Source: Mobula birostris | Taxonomy: Eukaryota | Reading direction: 5' to 3' | Assembly (NCBI RefSeq): GCF_030028105.1 | Contig: NC_092376.1 | Span: forward strand, 39,542,935-39,606,934 | DNA: 64,000 nucleotides | Part shown: positions 1 through 13,299 of the stretch, piece after piece | How the letters are laid out: each line of letters opens with the position of its first letter | Position numbering within the stretch: the stretch's first letter is position 1 | The notes under the pieces: generated by a model | What the model was told of the DNA's origin: nothing | What the model saw: the letters and a program-made list of their open reading frames with translations, nothing else | Databases searched by the model: none | Position numbers and translations under genes: made by a program

Positions 1-329
1 AACTCCCATGTTAAGTAGATTGGTCAGCACTTCACAGTCAGATATTCAATTCAGGGGAGTAGCAATGGGACAAGACAGCCACATCTGTGCATCATGATGT
101 ATTTAAATCTTGATCTGCAATTACTGATCACAAGGCTGATATCAGTAGACATAGAATGTGATTTACTTTTATTGCAAGACTTTAGTGCATCCAATATTTC
201 AAATGTGATTGATGGTGGTTGGCCTAGATCTAAATCCAGCTGAGCTCCACGAAATAAGACACCAATTTGTTAGTCGATGAGTTTTCTCTTGGGAGAAGGT
301 GGGTAAAGTAACTTCTATTATGAAACACA

Positions 330-997
330 GTTGGACAAGTTTACACCATTTACTAATATTTTAGCCAAAAGGCTCATGGATTCAGTTGTTAATAGTGGTT
401 AGAAAACAACTGGTCAGTCATTAAATGAATCATTTAATGAAAGAGGCCGGGGTGAATCATAAAGTTCTGGTAGACATATTTATTGATTTGTCTAAATTTT
501 TAGATTCCTTTACTTTATGAATTATTATTAAAGCATTGGGCAAGTGTGGTTTGATAGCCAATTTGTAGACCTCACAGCTGACATTGTACAAATTCTGAAA
601 CTCGTATTGAGAACGAAAATGCCAGCGGTATAGCAGGGAGACTGATTTTCCCCATATTATTTAATATCAAGATGGAAATCCTTTTATAATGGATTCACTT
701 TTCTTCTCACAAAGGCAAGTCCAAAAACCTCAAGTGCTTAGAGAATTTTTCCAAGAAGACAGGTCTTGAAGTTAATCTCAGTCAGGCTGTTCAATTATTT
801 TTATAAATCTTTTGAAAACAAGAGATTCATTTTTGACTCAATCAATATTTGGCTCTATAATGCAGGTAGGATCAATTTTATCAGTCCTGGAGATTGTGAA
901 AAATAGCTTGGGGTCAGGAACAATTCCTTCATAGGTTGTCCAACCAATGACAAGAGTAGTAAACTCTAGGAATGGGGTGGAAGTTTTCTTAGGACTT
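330..997 (+). mobile_element. Degraded R2-like (RLE-type non-LTR) reverse transcriptase fossil, part 1
   Basis: Manual translation gives RT motifs in order, with stops and frameshifts: LMKEAGVNHKVLVDIFIDLSKFLDSF..IIKALGKCGL (from 425), QGD*FS(P)ILFNIKME (~633), KNLKCLENFSKKTGLEVNLS (~723), WLYNAGRINFISPGDCEK*LGVRNNSFIG (~850), SKL*EWGGSFL. Confidence 0.6.
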
Positions 998-1298
998 GGG
1001 GCATGGCCAAGTGGTTAAGGCGTTCGTCTAGTGATTTGAAGGTCGCTAGTTCGAGCCTTGGCTGAGGCAGCGTGTGTGTCTTTGAGCAAGGCACTTAACC
1101 ACACATTGCTCTGTGACAACACCGGTGCCAAGCTGTATGGGTCCCAATGTCCTTCCCTTGGACAACATCGGTAGCGTGGAGAGGAGTGACTTGCAGCATG
1201 AGCAACTACTGGTCTTCCATACAACCTTGCCCAGGCCTGCGCCCTGAAAACTTTCCAAGGCGCAAATCCATGGTCTCATGAGACTAACGGATGCCTAT
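998..1298 (+). mobile_element. tRNA-derived SINE with CORE-like central segment
   Basis: A box TGGCCAAGTGG, B box GTTCGAGCC, CORE-like gtgtctttgagcaaggcacttaacc. A second copy lies at 44207-44512. It interrupts the R2-like RT. Confidence 0.85.
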
Positions 1299-1590
1299 AA
1301 AAATCCCTTAAAGAGCTCCAGAGACCTCAACTGCTAAGCTTCATGCTGACAACTGTGAGAAGTTGCATCACAATTGAAAATGCTGCGTGGATACCAGCAA
1401 TGACAGTTTTTGTTGGTGGTGCAGAGGGAAGCCCAAAAACACTGCACCATGAGCCTCCTTTTGAACTTCTGTCTCCCCATATACCTTTGACATGCAGCAT
1501 CAGTATTAAAGTGTTATTCCAAGGCCAAAAAATGGTATGGAGCAGTTTCTGGGTTGTACACTCTGGACTAATCATTCAAGCACAGCATTA
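1299..1590 (+). mobile_element. Continuation of the R2-like fossil (thumb region)
   Basis: After the SINE the sequence resumes with LKELQR (cf. PLKPxQK) and a later YSKAKNG..LIIQAQ-like segment. Very degraded. Confidence 0.4.
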
Positions 1591-2135
1591 GTCATAGTCA
1601 TACTTTATTGATCCTGAGGGAAATTGGGTTTCATTACAGTTGCACCAACCAAGAATAGAGTATAAATATAGCAATATAAAACCATAAATAATTAAATAAT
1701 AATATGTAAATTATGCCAGATGGAAATAAGTCCAGGAGCTGCCTATTGGCTCAGGGTGTCTGACCCTCCAGGGAGGAGTTGTAAAGTTTGATGGCCACAG
1801 GCAGGAATGACTTCCTATGATGCTCAGTGTTGCATCTCGGTGGAATCTCTGGCTGAATGTACTCCTGTGCCCAACCAGTACATTACATAGTGGATGGGAG
1901 ACATTGTCCAAGATGGCATGCAACTTAGACAGCATCCTCTTTTCAGACACCACCGTCAGAGAGTCCAGTTCCATCCCCACAATATCACTGGCCTTACGAA
2001 TGAGTTTGTTGATTCTGTTGGTGTCTGCTACCCTCAGCCTGCTGCCCCAGCACACAACAGCAAACATGATCGCACTGGCCACCACAGGCTCGTAGAACAT
2101 CCTCAGCATCGTCCGACAAATGTTAAAGGACCTTA
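1590..2135 (-). mobile_element. Rex1/Babar-type LINE, 5'-truncated 3' end
   Basis: ORF 1711-2109 (MLRMFYEPVVASAIMFAVVCWG...ILDNVSHPL) and a (GACTAT)n tail. Same family as 16351-16690. Confidence 0.8.
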
Positions 2136-2230
2136 GCTACATTACATGACAGCTATATTTGGGAGTTCTACAAGACTAGTTAGTGCGCTTCTACAGTGCA
2201 ACATCACATTCAATGTCTATTGTGCATACA

Positions 2231-3058
2231 TTTAATTGGGACACATCAAGACCAGTACTTTTTGGCCCATTTAAGTGGCTGTCCCAATTTGATAAAGTTT
2301 CATGGAAATAGCTAAAAAAAAAAGTACAAAAAAGTCAAACTTCCATTTAGTTGAGGAACAAATTTTGTATTTAAATGAAATACAGTGCAAATTGGAACTC
2401 TACCCATACTACTACAGTACTATAACACTATGTGCTAGTTTCTTATAGTTATTGATGGAGGTATTCAGCCAGTGTATACTGTCCTGTTCTTTTGATTGAC
2501 TGTAAATGAACAAAATCAGTGCAGACACCTCATGCAGATAACAGACTGTCTTCATACAATTCTGTCGATGATTGCATCCTTCAAATCTTCATTTTCATTG
2601 TAACTTTCAAGGTTATCATCAATACCTATACATTGTCCATAGTTCCTTCATTGAAGTGGTTTCATTTTCACTCAGTCATTTCTGTCAACTCCAAGCCTCA
2701 ATACCTGAAACTGCAGTACTCAAAAGAGTTCTAAATTGTCTCACTACTTATTTCTCACCAACTATCAGTGACAAAAAAAATCACTTTTTTTTTTGAACAG
2801 AAAGACACTCAACTAATGCTATTTAAAAACTGTTTGCTCTAAGCGCAGTGCAGTGTCTAACAGCCACACAAATGTACACGACTGATCCCAACTAGAAACT
2901 GTTCAGTAACAGTCCCCTGGCTCAGTTAAGCAGCGCAGTGTTCCAAATAAATGAAGGGAACCCTGGCTATTTTCTTAATTGGTTTTTGTTCTTTAAGAGT
3001 TTTCCCCAAATAAGCAGCTACCCGATTAACAGATGGCCCAAATAACTGGAATTCACTG
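2231..3058 (-). mobile_element. Non-autonomous Tc1/mariner-superfamily (Tigger/pogo-like) DNA element
   Basis: Right end ...ggcccaaataactggaattcactg followed by TA. It is the reverse-orientation homologue of the element at 35419-36052. The left TIR is eroded. Confidence 0.7.
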
Positions 3059-3211
3059 TATTTTGTTTGCGTCTGTAATGCGGTATTTGCAGAATAGGTT
3101 GCTTAAAAAAACAATTAACAATGAAACCAAGGCCAACTAAAATACTCTTTCCTTGACCTAATGGAGCTTACACACTTCCAACCATGGTAAATAGTGTTTG
3201 AAAGCATTTAC

Positions 3212-3623
3212 CATTGGTAGAATGTAAAGCACCCACAGTTTTAAACCACATTTATTGTGTTTTCAAAACAATTTCCTTCTGTGTAGAATTGGAATCAAGT
3301 ATCATTCAGGGCTCTTTATGGGCTATTTGGCCTCTGACCGCTTTGACTGAATTAAACTCTGCCCCATTTATCATTTTAGAATCAGTTTTCAAACAGGTTT
3401 GTTGATGCAGTTTACCAAGTTGAGGGTGAGATTGTGGTGCAGTGTGTTGGGAGGCAAAAGGGAAGGGCCACAGTTATGCTGATGAGGGAGCGGCCACAGA
3501 AGCATTGTGGGTAATTTGGAGTAATTCAGCTTCTATTGTTCATGGGTGCTTGGTTCCACCACCAGAGCAATTAATCAAAGTTTAATGATGCAGGCTCAGA
3601 ACCAAAATGGTAATCGGAATTCC
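3212..3623 (-). pseudogene. Putative degenerate exon of the pseudogene
   Basis: aacag| acceptor and AATG|gtaaat donor; reading ..HPQLGKLHQQTCLKTDSKMINGAEFNSVKAVRGQIAHKEP* with stops. Confidence 0.4.
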
Positions 3624-3701
3624 CTGTTCAGTTCATTTGACACAGATTCTTTTTGTATCTATTAAAGTGGTCTGTAGTCTGATGTTTTAGAATGGTTATA
3701 C

Positions 3702-3787
3702 ATCCCTTGCAACATGCAGGCAACCACATCAGGGTAATGGTTTAGTAAAATGCTTGCAATCACTTGCAGCCTTGCACTTGGCAAAAC
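3702..3787 (-). pseudogene. Putative degenerate exon
   Basis: ttgttttcatcag| acceptor and weak |gtataa donor. Confidence 0.35.
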
Positions 3788-4071
3788 CTGATGAAAACAA
3801 TGAATAGAAATCTTTTTCAGTGTTATACTCTGCATATATTTTTGGGAAAAAAATTGCCTTTATAATTTGTGTTACTAACAAATGATAGTACTGAGAAGAT
3901 ATAATAAAACAATATCAATATTTTAATTCAGCTAAAAAGATTAATAAGGTACGTAATTAATAATGACATAATGAAAAAAGGCAGGAGCACTTAGCTTAGT
4001 GTTGCTTCACTCTCTTGCAGTCTGATTGAAATTTATTCTTAATAGTGATAGCAAACTGCAGTTAAACTCAC

Positions 4072-4125
4072 TTCAAAAGCAGCCTGGATGTTCTTCAGAT
4101 GTGTCAAGGAGACCTTTTGTTCAAT
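4072..4125 (-). pseudogene. 54-nt exon IEQKVSLTHLKNIQAAFE
   Basis: ttttgtttccag| acceptor and |gtgagt donor; phase 0-0; open frame. Confidence 0.65.
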
Positions 4126-4258
4126 CTGGAAACAAAACAGCACTCGTTATTTGTATGTAATCATTGGTGTTGTTTGCTTAAAATACAAGCTACTGGTGCT
4201 AGGGGTTGTTGAAGGGAGCTGATGTGTCTCCTTTGGATGGGGATGGTAATCTATGTAC

Positions 4259-4468
4259 CAGCCTGCAACAATGCCACCTGAACCATGTGGCTGAGAAACT
4301 CATGTTCATAAATCCCAGCTTTTGTAGTAAAATCAACAAATTTACCGTTGTTTGCTATCACTTCCATTTCACCACTCCATGCGCACAAGTTCAGAAACTA
4401 ACGGATAGCATCAATGGTTTACTGCTTCCATGCAGCTGGTGCTTCCTTGCTGTGAAAGTCAGAACAGC
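4259..4468 (-). pseudogene. 210-nt exon with 3 stops (AVLTFTARKHQ..LMLSVSF*TC..KWK**..ATWFRWHCCRL)
   Basis: tctcttag| acceptor and |gtacat donor; phase 0-0; Trp-repeat-like content. Confidence 0.55.
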
Positions 4469-4829
4469 CTAAGAGACCCGAAGGGCCTCGTCCTGAAACC
4501 ACCAGGCTTTATCTCGCTTCATCGGTGCTGCCTGACCTGCTGAGTTCCTCCAACTTTTTGTGCGTGTTGCTAATAATAGATAATACTAGAAACACTTAGC
4601 CGGTCAACCAGCCTCTGTCGAGAAAGAAACCGGTTTCATGTTTCAGGTTGACAACTTTTCTGAAGGAGTACTAAAGTTCAAAGTTAAATTACTTTTACAG
4701 AGTAAAAGTATTATTACCTTTTACAAACATGGGGTAATCACCCAATGTTTCCAGAGGGAACTTGAGATACAAATTATGCACCAGATTCAAGAGGCACATT
4801 AGTGTTTCCCTGTTCATTTTCATTTCATT

Positions 4830-6570
4830 TAAAAATCTTTTTTATTAATTATTATTAAAGATCAACAAAAAATACATTAAGGTAATCAAGTCAATACGTA
4901 CAATGAAGAATTGAATTAGCAAATAACCTACTAACAAAGCTAAGCAATATATCAATAATAATAAGAAAAAAATAAAGTGTTAAGAATATTTTTTGAAAGA
5001 AAAAGAGAAAGCAAAAAAGAACCCCTACTAACTAAGAGGGAAAAAACCCTACTGACTAAAAAAACTGAAAAAAAAACCCCATTGGGAGCACAACCCTGGA
5101 GCTAAACGTCATACAAGCTTCCATAAAAGAAAAACATCAATCCATCAACTCAAATCCATTTAAACAAAAATCGGAAGGAAACCATATTAATTAACTCAAA
5201 TCAAATGATAGTAGCGGGAAAATGAACCCCACCTTTTCTCAAAATCAATCGAGGATCAAAAGTTTGACTTCTGATTTTCTCCAAACTAAGACGTAGTATC
5301 ACCTGAGAGAACCATTGTATCAAAGTAGGAGCAGAGACATCTTTCCATTTTAATAAAACAGTCCTTCTGGCCAATAATGTAACGAATCCAATTACATGTT
5401 GGTCTGATAGAGAAATACCATGAATATATTGAGGGATTATACCAAACAAAACTGTCAATTTATTAGGTTGTAAATTAATTTTTAAAACTAGAAATTGTAG
5501 AGAAAATAGATTTCCAAAAATGTTTCAATACAGAACACGACCAAAACAGATGTGTCAATATAGCTGTTTCGGTTTTACATCTATCACACTGACTATCACC
5601 ATTAGGAAACATTTTAGACAGTCTCTCTTTTGTCAAATAGTAACAATGTACAATTTTAAATTGAATTAAAGAGTGACTGGCACAGATCGAAGAAGAGTTA
5701 ACCAAATTCAAAAATCCGCAACCAATCCTCTGTTATCAAGGTCATGTTAAGCCCTCTCTCCCAATCTTGCTTAATCTTAAGTGAAGGGTGATTGTGCTGT
5801 TGTAACAATAAATTATAAATTTTCCCAATAAAACCTTTCACTAAAGAGTTCATTTTTAACAGGTCAGAATCCTGTATATATGGAAAATTACTTAAATATT
5901 CTTGTAAGAAGTGTCTGACCTGAAGATATTGCAGGATATGTGAATACGAGAGTGAGTATTTAGTTACTAATTTCCCAAAAGACATCAATTGGTCATCTTG
6001 GAACACATCCATGAAGGAATAAACTCCTTTATTCCTCCAAGGAAGAAAGGTAGGATCACTTAATGAAGGTTTAAATAAATAATTTTGATAAATTAAACTA
6101 AAAAGTTTAAATTTTTTTTAGATTTAAAAAAATTACGAAACTGGAACTAAATTCGTAATGACTGCTTAATTACAGGATACAAATTTAAATTAGCAATTTT
6201 GGCCAGTTTTACAGGTAGAGGAGCTCCTAATAACGAGGTTAAGTGAAACTGTTTCACAGCTTTCAATTCCAAGTCAGCCTAAGGTGGTCATTCATTTTTA
6301 TTAGCCCAATATAACCAAAAACACATATAATGTATATTAACAGCCCAATAATACATTCTTAAGTTAGGCAGAACAAGACCTCCATCCTTTTTTAATTTTT
6401 GTAAATGATAATTACCAATTCTTGGTCTTTTATTATTCCAAACAAAAGATGAAATAATAGAGTCAACCTGACCAAAAAAACTTCTTAGTTAAAAAAAATA
6501 GGGATATTTTGGAGTACATATAAAAATTTAGGTAAAATCATTTTAACTGCCTGAATTCGGCCGGCTAACT
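4830..6570 (-). mobile_element. L1 LINE, 5'-truncated and degraded
   Basis: ORFs 5201-6012 include QFKIVHCYYLTKERLSKMFP..CDRCK..HLFWSC (zf-RVT/CCHC); A-rich 3' tail near 4835. Confidence 0.9.
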
Positions 6571-6821
6571 CCCTATTCATTTTAATGAAAGCAAACAGCT
6601 GCAATTTAACAAGATTCTGATCTAGTTTACTAATGTAAAAATGCTTTAGAAACCCTTACAGAATGCAGAGATTATATCTAACATGTCTCAAACATCATCT
6701 CAGCACTCACTCCAATTGATTTAAACATATAGCCCCCATTTTAAATCTACTAATGTCTGCCCTAGCATAATAGTAAGACTCAGTCACCATAATACCGCAG
6801 GATTTGAACATGGTTACTCAC

Positions 6822-6922
6822 TAGCTACAAGTAGCCTGTAGCCAGGCCAGAACCAAACAATAACCCAGATGCAACAACCCAAAAGGAATGGTTGTTTACA
6901 AGATCTGACATACAGTGCTCTG
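6822..6922 (-). pseudogene. Putative degenerate exon (..LLHLGYCLVLAWLQATCS)
   Basis: gtgttttcag| acceptor and |gtgagt donor. Confidence 0.5.
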
Positions 6923-7034
6923 CTGAAAACACTGATGAAGCATGCAAGGGGGGTGGTGGGGGGCAGTGGCAGGGAATAATATTACAGTAGAGTTGAGTAT
7001 TGTGATCAACAGTCATAGAGAAGTTCAGCATGGA

Positions 7035-7700
7035 TTTATGAAGGCCAAAGTGCCAAAAGCTTTCTTTAGGTCACAATCTAACTGTGACACCACTTTCAAC
7101 AAATTATGGATCTATATTCCCAGATCCCTTTCTTCTACCACAACCTTCAGTGCTCCACCTTTCATTGTGTGAGACCAACACTAGTTGGTCCTTCCAAAGT
7201 TTAAAGTCTTGCACTTGTTAGCATTAAACTCCATCTGCCATTTTCCAGCTAATGCAGATCCCTCTGCAAGCCAATATAGCCTTCCTCACTGTCCACTACA
7301 CCCCCAATCTTGGTGTGATTCGCAAATTTGCTGATCCAGTAAACCACATTATCATCCAGAACATTGATACAGATGACAAACAACGAAGGACCCAGCGCCG
7401 ATCCCTCCGGCATACCAATTTTCACAGGCCTCCAGTCAGAGAGGCAAACATCTACTACCACTCTCTGGTTTGCCACACAAAGCCAATGTCTAATCCAGTT
7501 TACTACCTCATCCTGAATGCTGAGTGACTGAACCTTCTAGACTAATCTCCCATGTGGGACCTTGTCAGATGCCTGTAGACAACATCCACTGCCTTGCCTT
7601 CATCCACTGTCACTAAGGATGTTTTAGTATCTCTGCTAGGGCCCCAGCAATTTCTGCATTTGCCTCCTGTAGGGTCCAAGGATCGCCTCGTCAGGCCCTG
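7035..7700 (-). mobile_element. Older CR1 LINE RT fragment
   Basis: ORF 7249-7476 GMPEGSALGPSLFVICINVLD..SKFANHTKIGG. Confidence 0.85.
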
Positions 7701-7707
7701 AGGATTT

Positions 7708-9325
7708 ATAGAATCATAGAATAGTACAGCACATTACAGGCCCTTTGGCCCACAATGTTGTGCCGACCCTCAAACCCTGCCTCCCATATAACCCCCCACC
7801 TTAAATTCCTCCATATACCTGTTTAGTAGTCTCTTAAACTCCAGTAGTGTATCTGCCTCCACCACTGACTCAGGCAGTGCATTCCACGCACCAACCACTC
7901 TCTGAGTAAAAAATCTTCCTCTAATATCCCCCTTGAACTTCCCACCCCTTACCTTAAAGCCATGTCCTCTTGTATTGAGCAGTGGTGCCCTGGGGAAGAG
8001 GTGCTGGCTATCCACTCTATCTATTCCTCTTATTATCTTGTACACCTCTATCATGTCTCCTCTCATCCTCCTTCTCTCCAAAGAGTAAAGCCCTAGCTCC
8101 CTTAATCTCTGATCATAATGCATACTTTCTAAACCAGGCAGCATTCTGGTATATCTCCTCTGTACCCTTTCCAATGCTTCCACATCCTTCCTATAGTGAG
8201 GCGACCAGAACTGGACACAATACTCCAAGTGTGGCCTAACCAGAGTTTTATAGAGCTGCATCATTACATTGCGACTCTTAAACTCTATCCCTCGACTGAT
8301 GAAAGCTAACATCCCATAAGCTTTCTTAACTACCCTATCTACCTCTGAGGCAACTTTCAGGGATCTGTGGACATGTACCCCTAGAACCCTCTGCTCCTCC
8401 ACACTACCAAATATCCTGCCATTTACTTTGTACTCTGCCTTGGAGTTTGTCCTTCCAAAGTGTACCACCTCACACTTCTCCGGGTTGAACTCCATCTGCC
8501 ACTTCTCAGCCCACTTCTGCATCCTATCAATGTCTCTCTGCAATCTTTGACAATCCTCTACACTATCTACAACACCACCAACCTTTGCGTCATCTGCAAA
8601 CTTGCCAATCCACCCTTTTACCCCCACATCCAGGTCGTTAATAAAAATCACGAAAAGTAGAGGTCCCAGATCCGATCCTTGTGGGACACCACTAGTCACA
8701 ACCCTCCAACCCGAATGTACTCCCTCCCCATGACCCTCTGCCTTCTGCAGCCAAGCCAATTCTGAATCCTCCTGGCCAAACTTCTCTGGATCCCATGCCT
8801 TCTGACTTTCTGAATAAGCCTACCGTGTGGAACTCTGTCAAATGCCTTACTAAAATCCATATAGATCACATCCACTGCACTACCCTCATCTATATGCCTG
8901 GTCACCTTCTCAAAGAACTCTATCAGGCTTGTTAGACACGATCTGCCCTTCACAAAGCCATGCTGGCCGTCCCTGATCAGACCATGATTCTCTAAATGCC
9001 CACAGATCCTATCTCTAAGAATCTTTTCCAACAGCTTTCCCACCACAGACATAAGGCTCACTGGTTTATAATTACCCAGACTATCCCTACTACCTTTTTT
9101 GAACAAAGGGGCAACACTCGCCTCCCTCCAGTCCTCCGGTACCATTCCCGTGGACAACGAGGACATAAAGATCCTAGCCAGAGGCTCAGCAATCTCTTCC
9201 CTCGCCTCGTGGAGCAGCCTGGGGAATATTCCGTCAGGCTTCGGGGACTTATCTGTCCTAATGTATTTTAACAACTCCAACACCTCCTCTCCCTTAATAT
9301 CAACATGCTCCAGAACATCAACCTC
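7708..9325 (-). mobile_element. Young CR1 LINE 3' part with near-intact RT, nested in an older CR1
   Basis: ORFs 8696-9496 and 7770-8759 (YMDFSKAFD, SGVPQGSDLGPLLF, KFADD) separated by one frameshift; (TTCTATGA)-type tail at ~7708-7722. Confidence 0.95.
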
Positions 9326-9326
9326 A

Positions 9327-10060
9327 CAAACCTGATTTGCTTCAGAGTAGCAAACACCTTCTCCTCTGTAATTTGTACAGTATCCATGAGGTTGATGCCA
9401 CTTTGCCTCACTTCTGTAAGACTCCATATCCATCACCCATGTAAATACAGATGCAAAGAATGCATTTAAGATCTCCCCCATCTGATTTGGCTCCACACAT
9501 GGATTACCATTCTGGTCTTCCAGAGGACCAACTTTGTCCCTAGCTTTCCTTTCCTTTTGCTCTTAACATATCTGTAGAATCCCTTAGGATTCTACCTCAC
9601 CTTGTCTGCTAGAGCAACTTCATGCCTTCTTTTATCCTTCCTAACGCTGTCCAATGTGTTCTCTCATATTTCTTGTACTCCATAAGCACCTCATTTGTTC
9701 TTACTTGCCTATACTTGCTATGCATCTACTTTTTCCTCTTAACTGGGGTCGCAATATCTCTTGAAAATCAAGGTTCCATACACTTTATCTTTACCTTTTA
9801 TTCCAACTTTGTACTCTCAAAGTTTCATTTTTGAAGGACTCCCACTTTCCAAGTATACCTTTGCCAGAAAACAGCCTGTTCCAACTCACTGCCAGATCAT
9901 TCCTGATGCCATCAAAATTGGCCTATCTCTTTGCATATTTACTTTGAAACCAATAGCATTGTGGTCACTGGATGCAAAGTGCTCCCCTACACCAACTTGT
10001 GTCACCTGCCCCATCTCATTTCGTAATAGCAGATGCAGTATTACACGCTCTCACGTTGGA
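9327..10060 (-). mobile_element. Upstream remainder of the older CR1
   Basis: GEILNAFFASVFT motif and degraded CR1 ORF2 sequence. Confidence 0.75.
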
Positions 10061-10359
10061 ACAACACGCCACATTGTCATGAGAAAACACACCCTGCTGA
10101 CATGAGAGACTTCAACTAGGCCAGTCTGAAGGAGTCTCGGCAGTGCTGAGGTTGGTGAAGAGAGGTGGAGGAACATTTACAAATCTGTTTTGAATTGGTG
10201 GATCTGTGACGTTCAAGACCAACAATCTAAAAGCCTACAAGAAGTCCAGGTACATCCTACGGAAGGCTGCTGTGAGAGCAAAAAGGCAGTTGCAGGAGAG
10301 GCTAGAGGCAGAACCAGTCACACAATAGCTATGGCAGGGTTTGTATGCCATTACTTAGT

Positions 10360-10740
10360 GAAGGAGAACTTCAAGGGCTTCTATAGATATATTGAGCAAA
10401 TGGATATCAAGGGACAAATTTGGTCCTTTTGAAAATCAGCCTAGTCCACGGAACCAAAATAGATGGAGGAGATCTTAATTTTTTTTTACCAACGCATATT
10501 TACTTGGAAGGCAGGCACAAGGTCTATGGAATAAGGGTCTATAGGGCACAGGGTCTATATAACACAGGGTTTATAGAAGAGTACAGACGTTATGGGCCAT
10601 ATCCAGATTACAGATGAGGAGGTGTGTGCTCTCTTGAGACAAGTTAAGATGGATAAGACCACAGGGCCTGAGAAGCTGTCTGCTTAGACATTGTGGAAAG
10701 CTACTGCAGAAACAGCAGGGGTCTTGGCAGAGAGATTTGG
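10360..10740 (+). mobile_element. CR1 ORF2 fragment
   Basis: KENFKGFYRYI and DKTTGPE remnants. Confidence 0.6.
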
Positions 10741-11959
10741 ATATTAGAATTCAGACCGGCAGAGAGTGGATGAGCTCTGTACCAGGTCAGTGAGTTGTTG
10801 GTGGGTTTTGGAGTCAGAATTCTGTGTGGGCAGGAGGAATGGAACAAGTTCCGCTGACTCCCTGGGTTCATGAATCAGTCTGAGACCTGGTGTTCAGGGT
10901 CCCGCCATCAATCCAGGTTTCAAGACTGGGTTTTCGGTGACCATCCTGCCTGGGGTCGATGCCGAGGATGAATCGGAAACCCTGAACTCAAGGCCCATTG
11001 GATGGAACCGAGACCGAGAATCCACTGGAGAACTTGAAGCCAGGTGTCTGCAGCCTGATTCTGTGCCCACTGGAGTTGGGGACTTGTCCTGGACTGAAAT
11101 GACTGTGTGTGCATGGCTAGGAAGTTGCAATGAATCTGGTTTTTATTGTTGTTTGCCGCTTGTTGTGTTCTGTCAAACATTGTGGGCGCGCTGTGTGGGC
11201 GGCAAAGCATGGTGACACTGACAGGCTGTCCCAGCACACCCCAGGGTGTGTTGGTTGTTAATGTAAATAGTGCATTTCACTGTACATTTTGATGCTCACT
11301 TTAGTCTTAATGGTACACCTTACATCTATAGAAACCTGTAAGTTTTTGGTGACATACTAAATCTTCCCAAACTTCAAATGAAGTAGAGTCACAGGTATGC
11401 CTTCCTCAGTACATTGAACCCAGGATAGATTCTCTGAGATGTTAAGAGTTCAGGAACACTGGGATTTAACATGTGTTTTCCTCATGAAATACAGGTACAA
11501 TACTGACGACGTGGCATTGCACCTTACTCCCTCCTTGATGTCAGAATCTATTGGGATTCTGCCATGGTCCCAAACGGTATTTCAACGCCATGGTATATAA
11601 TCGCTTAAATAAAGGAAAACTGTTGGCTGCAGTTTACTATTTAGCCACCTTGAATGACAGCAAAAACAAGCAAGGTGGCCTAGCAACGACATAACAAGGT
11701 GTCACTTATTAAGCAAAAAGAATGCCAGTGCAGTGAACCATCCCACTCTGTAGTGCACGCCACACTGCACCAACCCTGACAGGAGACTTTGACAGCTTAA
11801 CTGGCTGCACGGAGAGAAAGTGACTGGGGGATGCAGGATACGTAATCCACTATATAATGTGAGGAAGAGGACGAGGGCACACAAAAGCAGTGCATGCAAA
11901 ATAGCAGCAGTTGAACACTCATTCGCACAGGCCTTCAATAAGATTATGACTGATCTCGG

Positions 11960-13230
11960 GTAGAGAAGATGATGTGTGGTAGATCGGCTAAGCAGTGTCA
12001 CAACAACCTTGCACTCAACATCAGTTAGACCAAGGAATTGACTGGGGGCTTCAGGAAAGGGAAGTGCGAGAACACACAGCAATCCTCATCAGTGGAGGCG
12101 GTCAATGGGGACATACCAAACTTCTTTAGCCTCCTGAGGTGCTGGTGAGCTTTCTTGGGTGTGACATCCATGTGGTTGGACTAGGGCAGGCTACTGGAGA
12201 TGTTCACTCCCAGGAACTTTACTTCCTTAATCCTTAACCTCAGCACCACTGATGTAAGCAAAAGCATGCACACTGCTCTTCTGTCTGAAGTCAATGACCA
12301 GCTCTTTTGTTTAGAAACACTGAAGGAAAGACTGCCATCACGACATCATATTATTAAGTTCTCTATCTCCATCCCGTACTCCGGTTCATTGTTACTTGAG
12401 ATATAACTCACTATGGTGGCATCATCTGCAAACCTGAAATTAGAGCAGAATCTGGCCACACAGTCATGAATGTTCAAGGAGCAGAAAAGGGTTTGAGAAC
12501 TCGACCTTGTGGAGCACCTGCATTGAGAACAATTGTGGTGGTGATGTTGCTGCTTATCATTACTGATTGTGGTCTATTCGTCAGGAAGTCAAGAATTCAG
12601 TTGCAGGGGGAGGTGTTGACTATCAGGTCTCAGAGTTTGGTGATGTGCTTGCTTGGAATAATTGTATTGAAGATGGAGCTATAGTCAATAAACAGTAGTC
12701 TAACGTAAGTGTCTTTACTGTTCAGATGTTCCAGAGCTGAGTACAGAGCTAGAGAGATGGCATCTGCTGTAGACATGTTTCGATGGTAGGCATTAGGCAG
12801 AACTTGTCTAAGAGGCTAGAGTTAATATGTGCCAGTGACCAGTCTCTTAAGGCACTTCATGATGGTGGATGTCAGAGCCACCAGGCAGTAGTCAATAAAG
12901 CACACCACCTTGTTTTCCTTAGATACCAGGTGACAGTGGTCTTCTTAAACAAGTGGGAACCTCAGATTGAAGCAGGGAGAAATTAAAAATGTCCACAAAT
13001 ACTTCTGCCTGCTGATCTGTGCAGGATCTAAGCTCACAGCCAGGGACACCATCTAGGCTAAATGCTTAATGCGTGTTCACTCTCCGGAAGACTGACCTTA
13101 CATCTGCAATAGTCCCTGTGGGTTCAGATGCACTAGAGACTGTCATGTTGGCTGATGATATATCAATTCCTTTGGCTCAGACAGTCCGTAGAATGTGTTT
13201 ACCTCATCGGAAAGGGATGTGCTGTTGTCG
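11960..13230 (-). mobile_element. Degraded Rex1/Babar-type RT fragments (mainly minus strand)
   Basis: Reverse strand shows YVRLLFIDYSSIFNTIIP, GAPQGRVL and FADD motifs. Confidence 0.7.
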
Positions 13231-13299
13231 TTGCTGAACTTGAGTAGCTATACACAAAAAATTGCTACAACAGAAGGTCAAAGGTTAGGAATCCTGCTG

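Noticed and set aside
998-1075. tRNA gene
   Set aside because: The A/B boxes run on into a ~300-bp body that recurs at 44207, so this is a SINE head.
7770-9496. Functional or domesticated RT gene (329-aa and 266-aa ORFs)
   Set aside because: It is a 5'-truncated, frameshifted CR1 with its own 3' tail; the N-terminus of the 266-aa ORF comes from the older host element.
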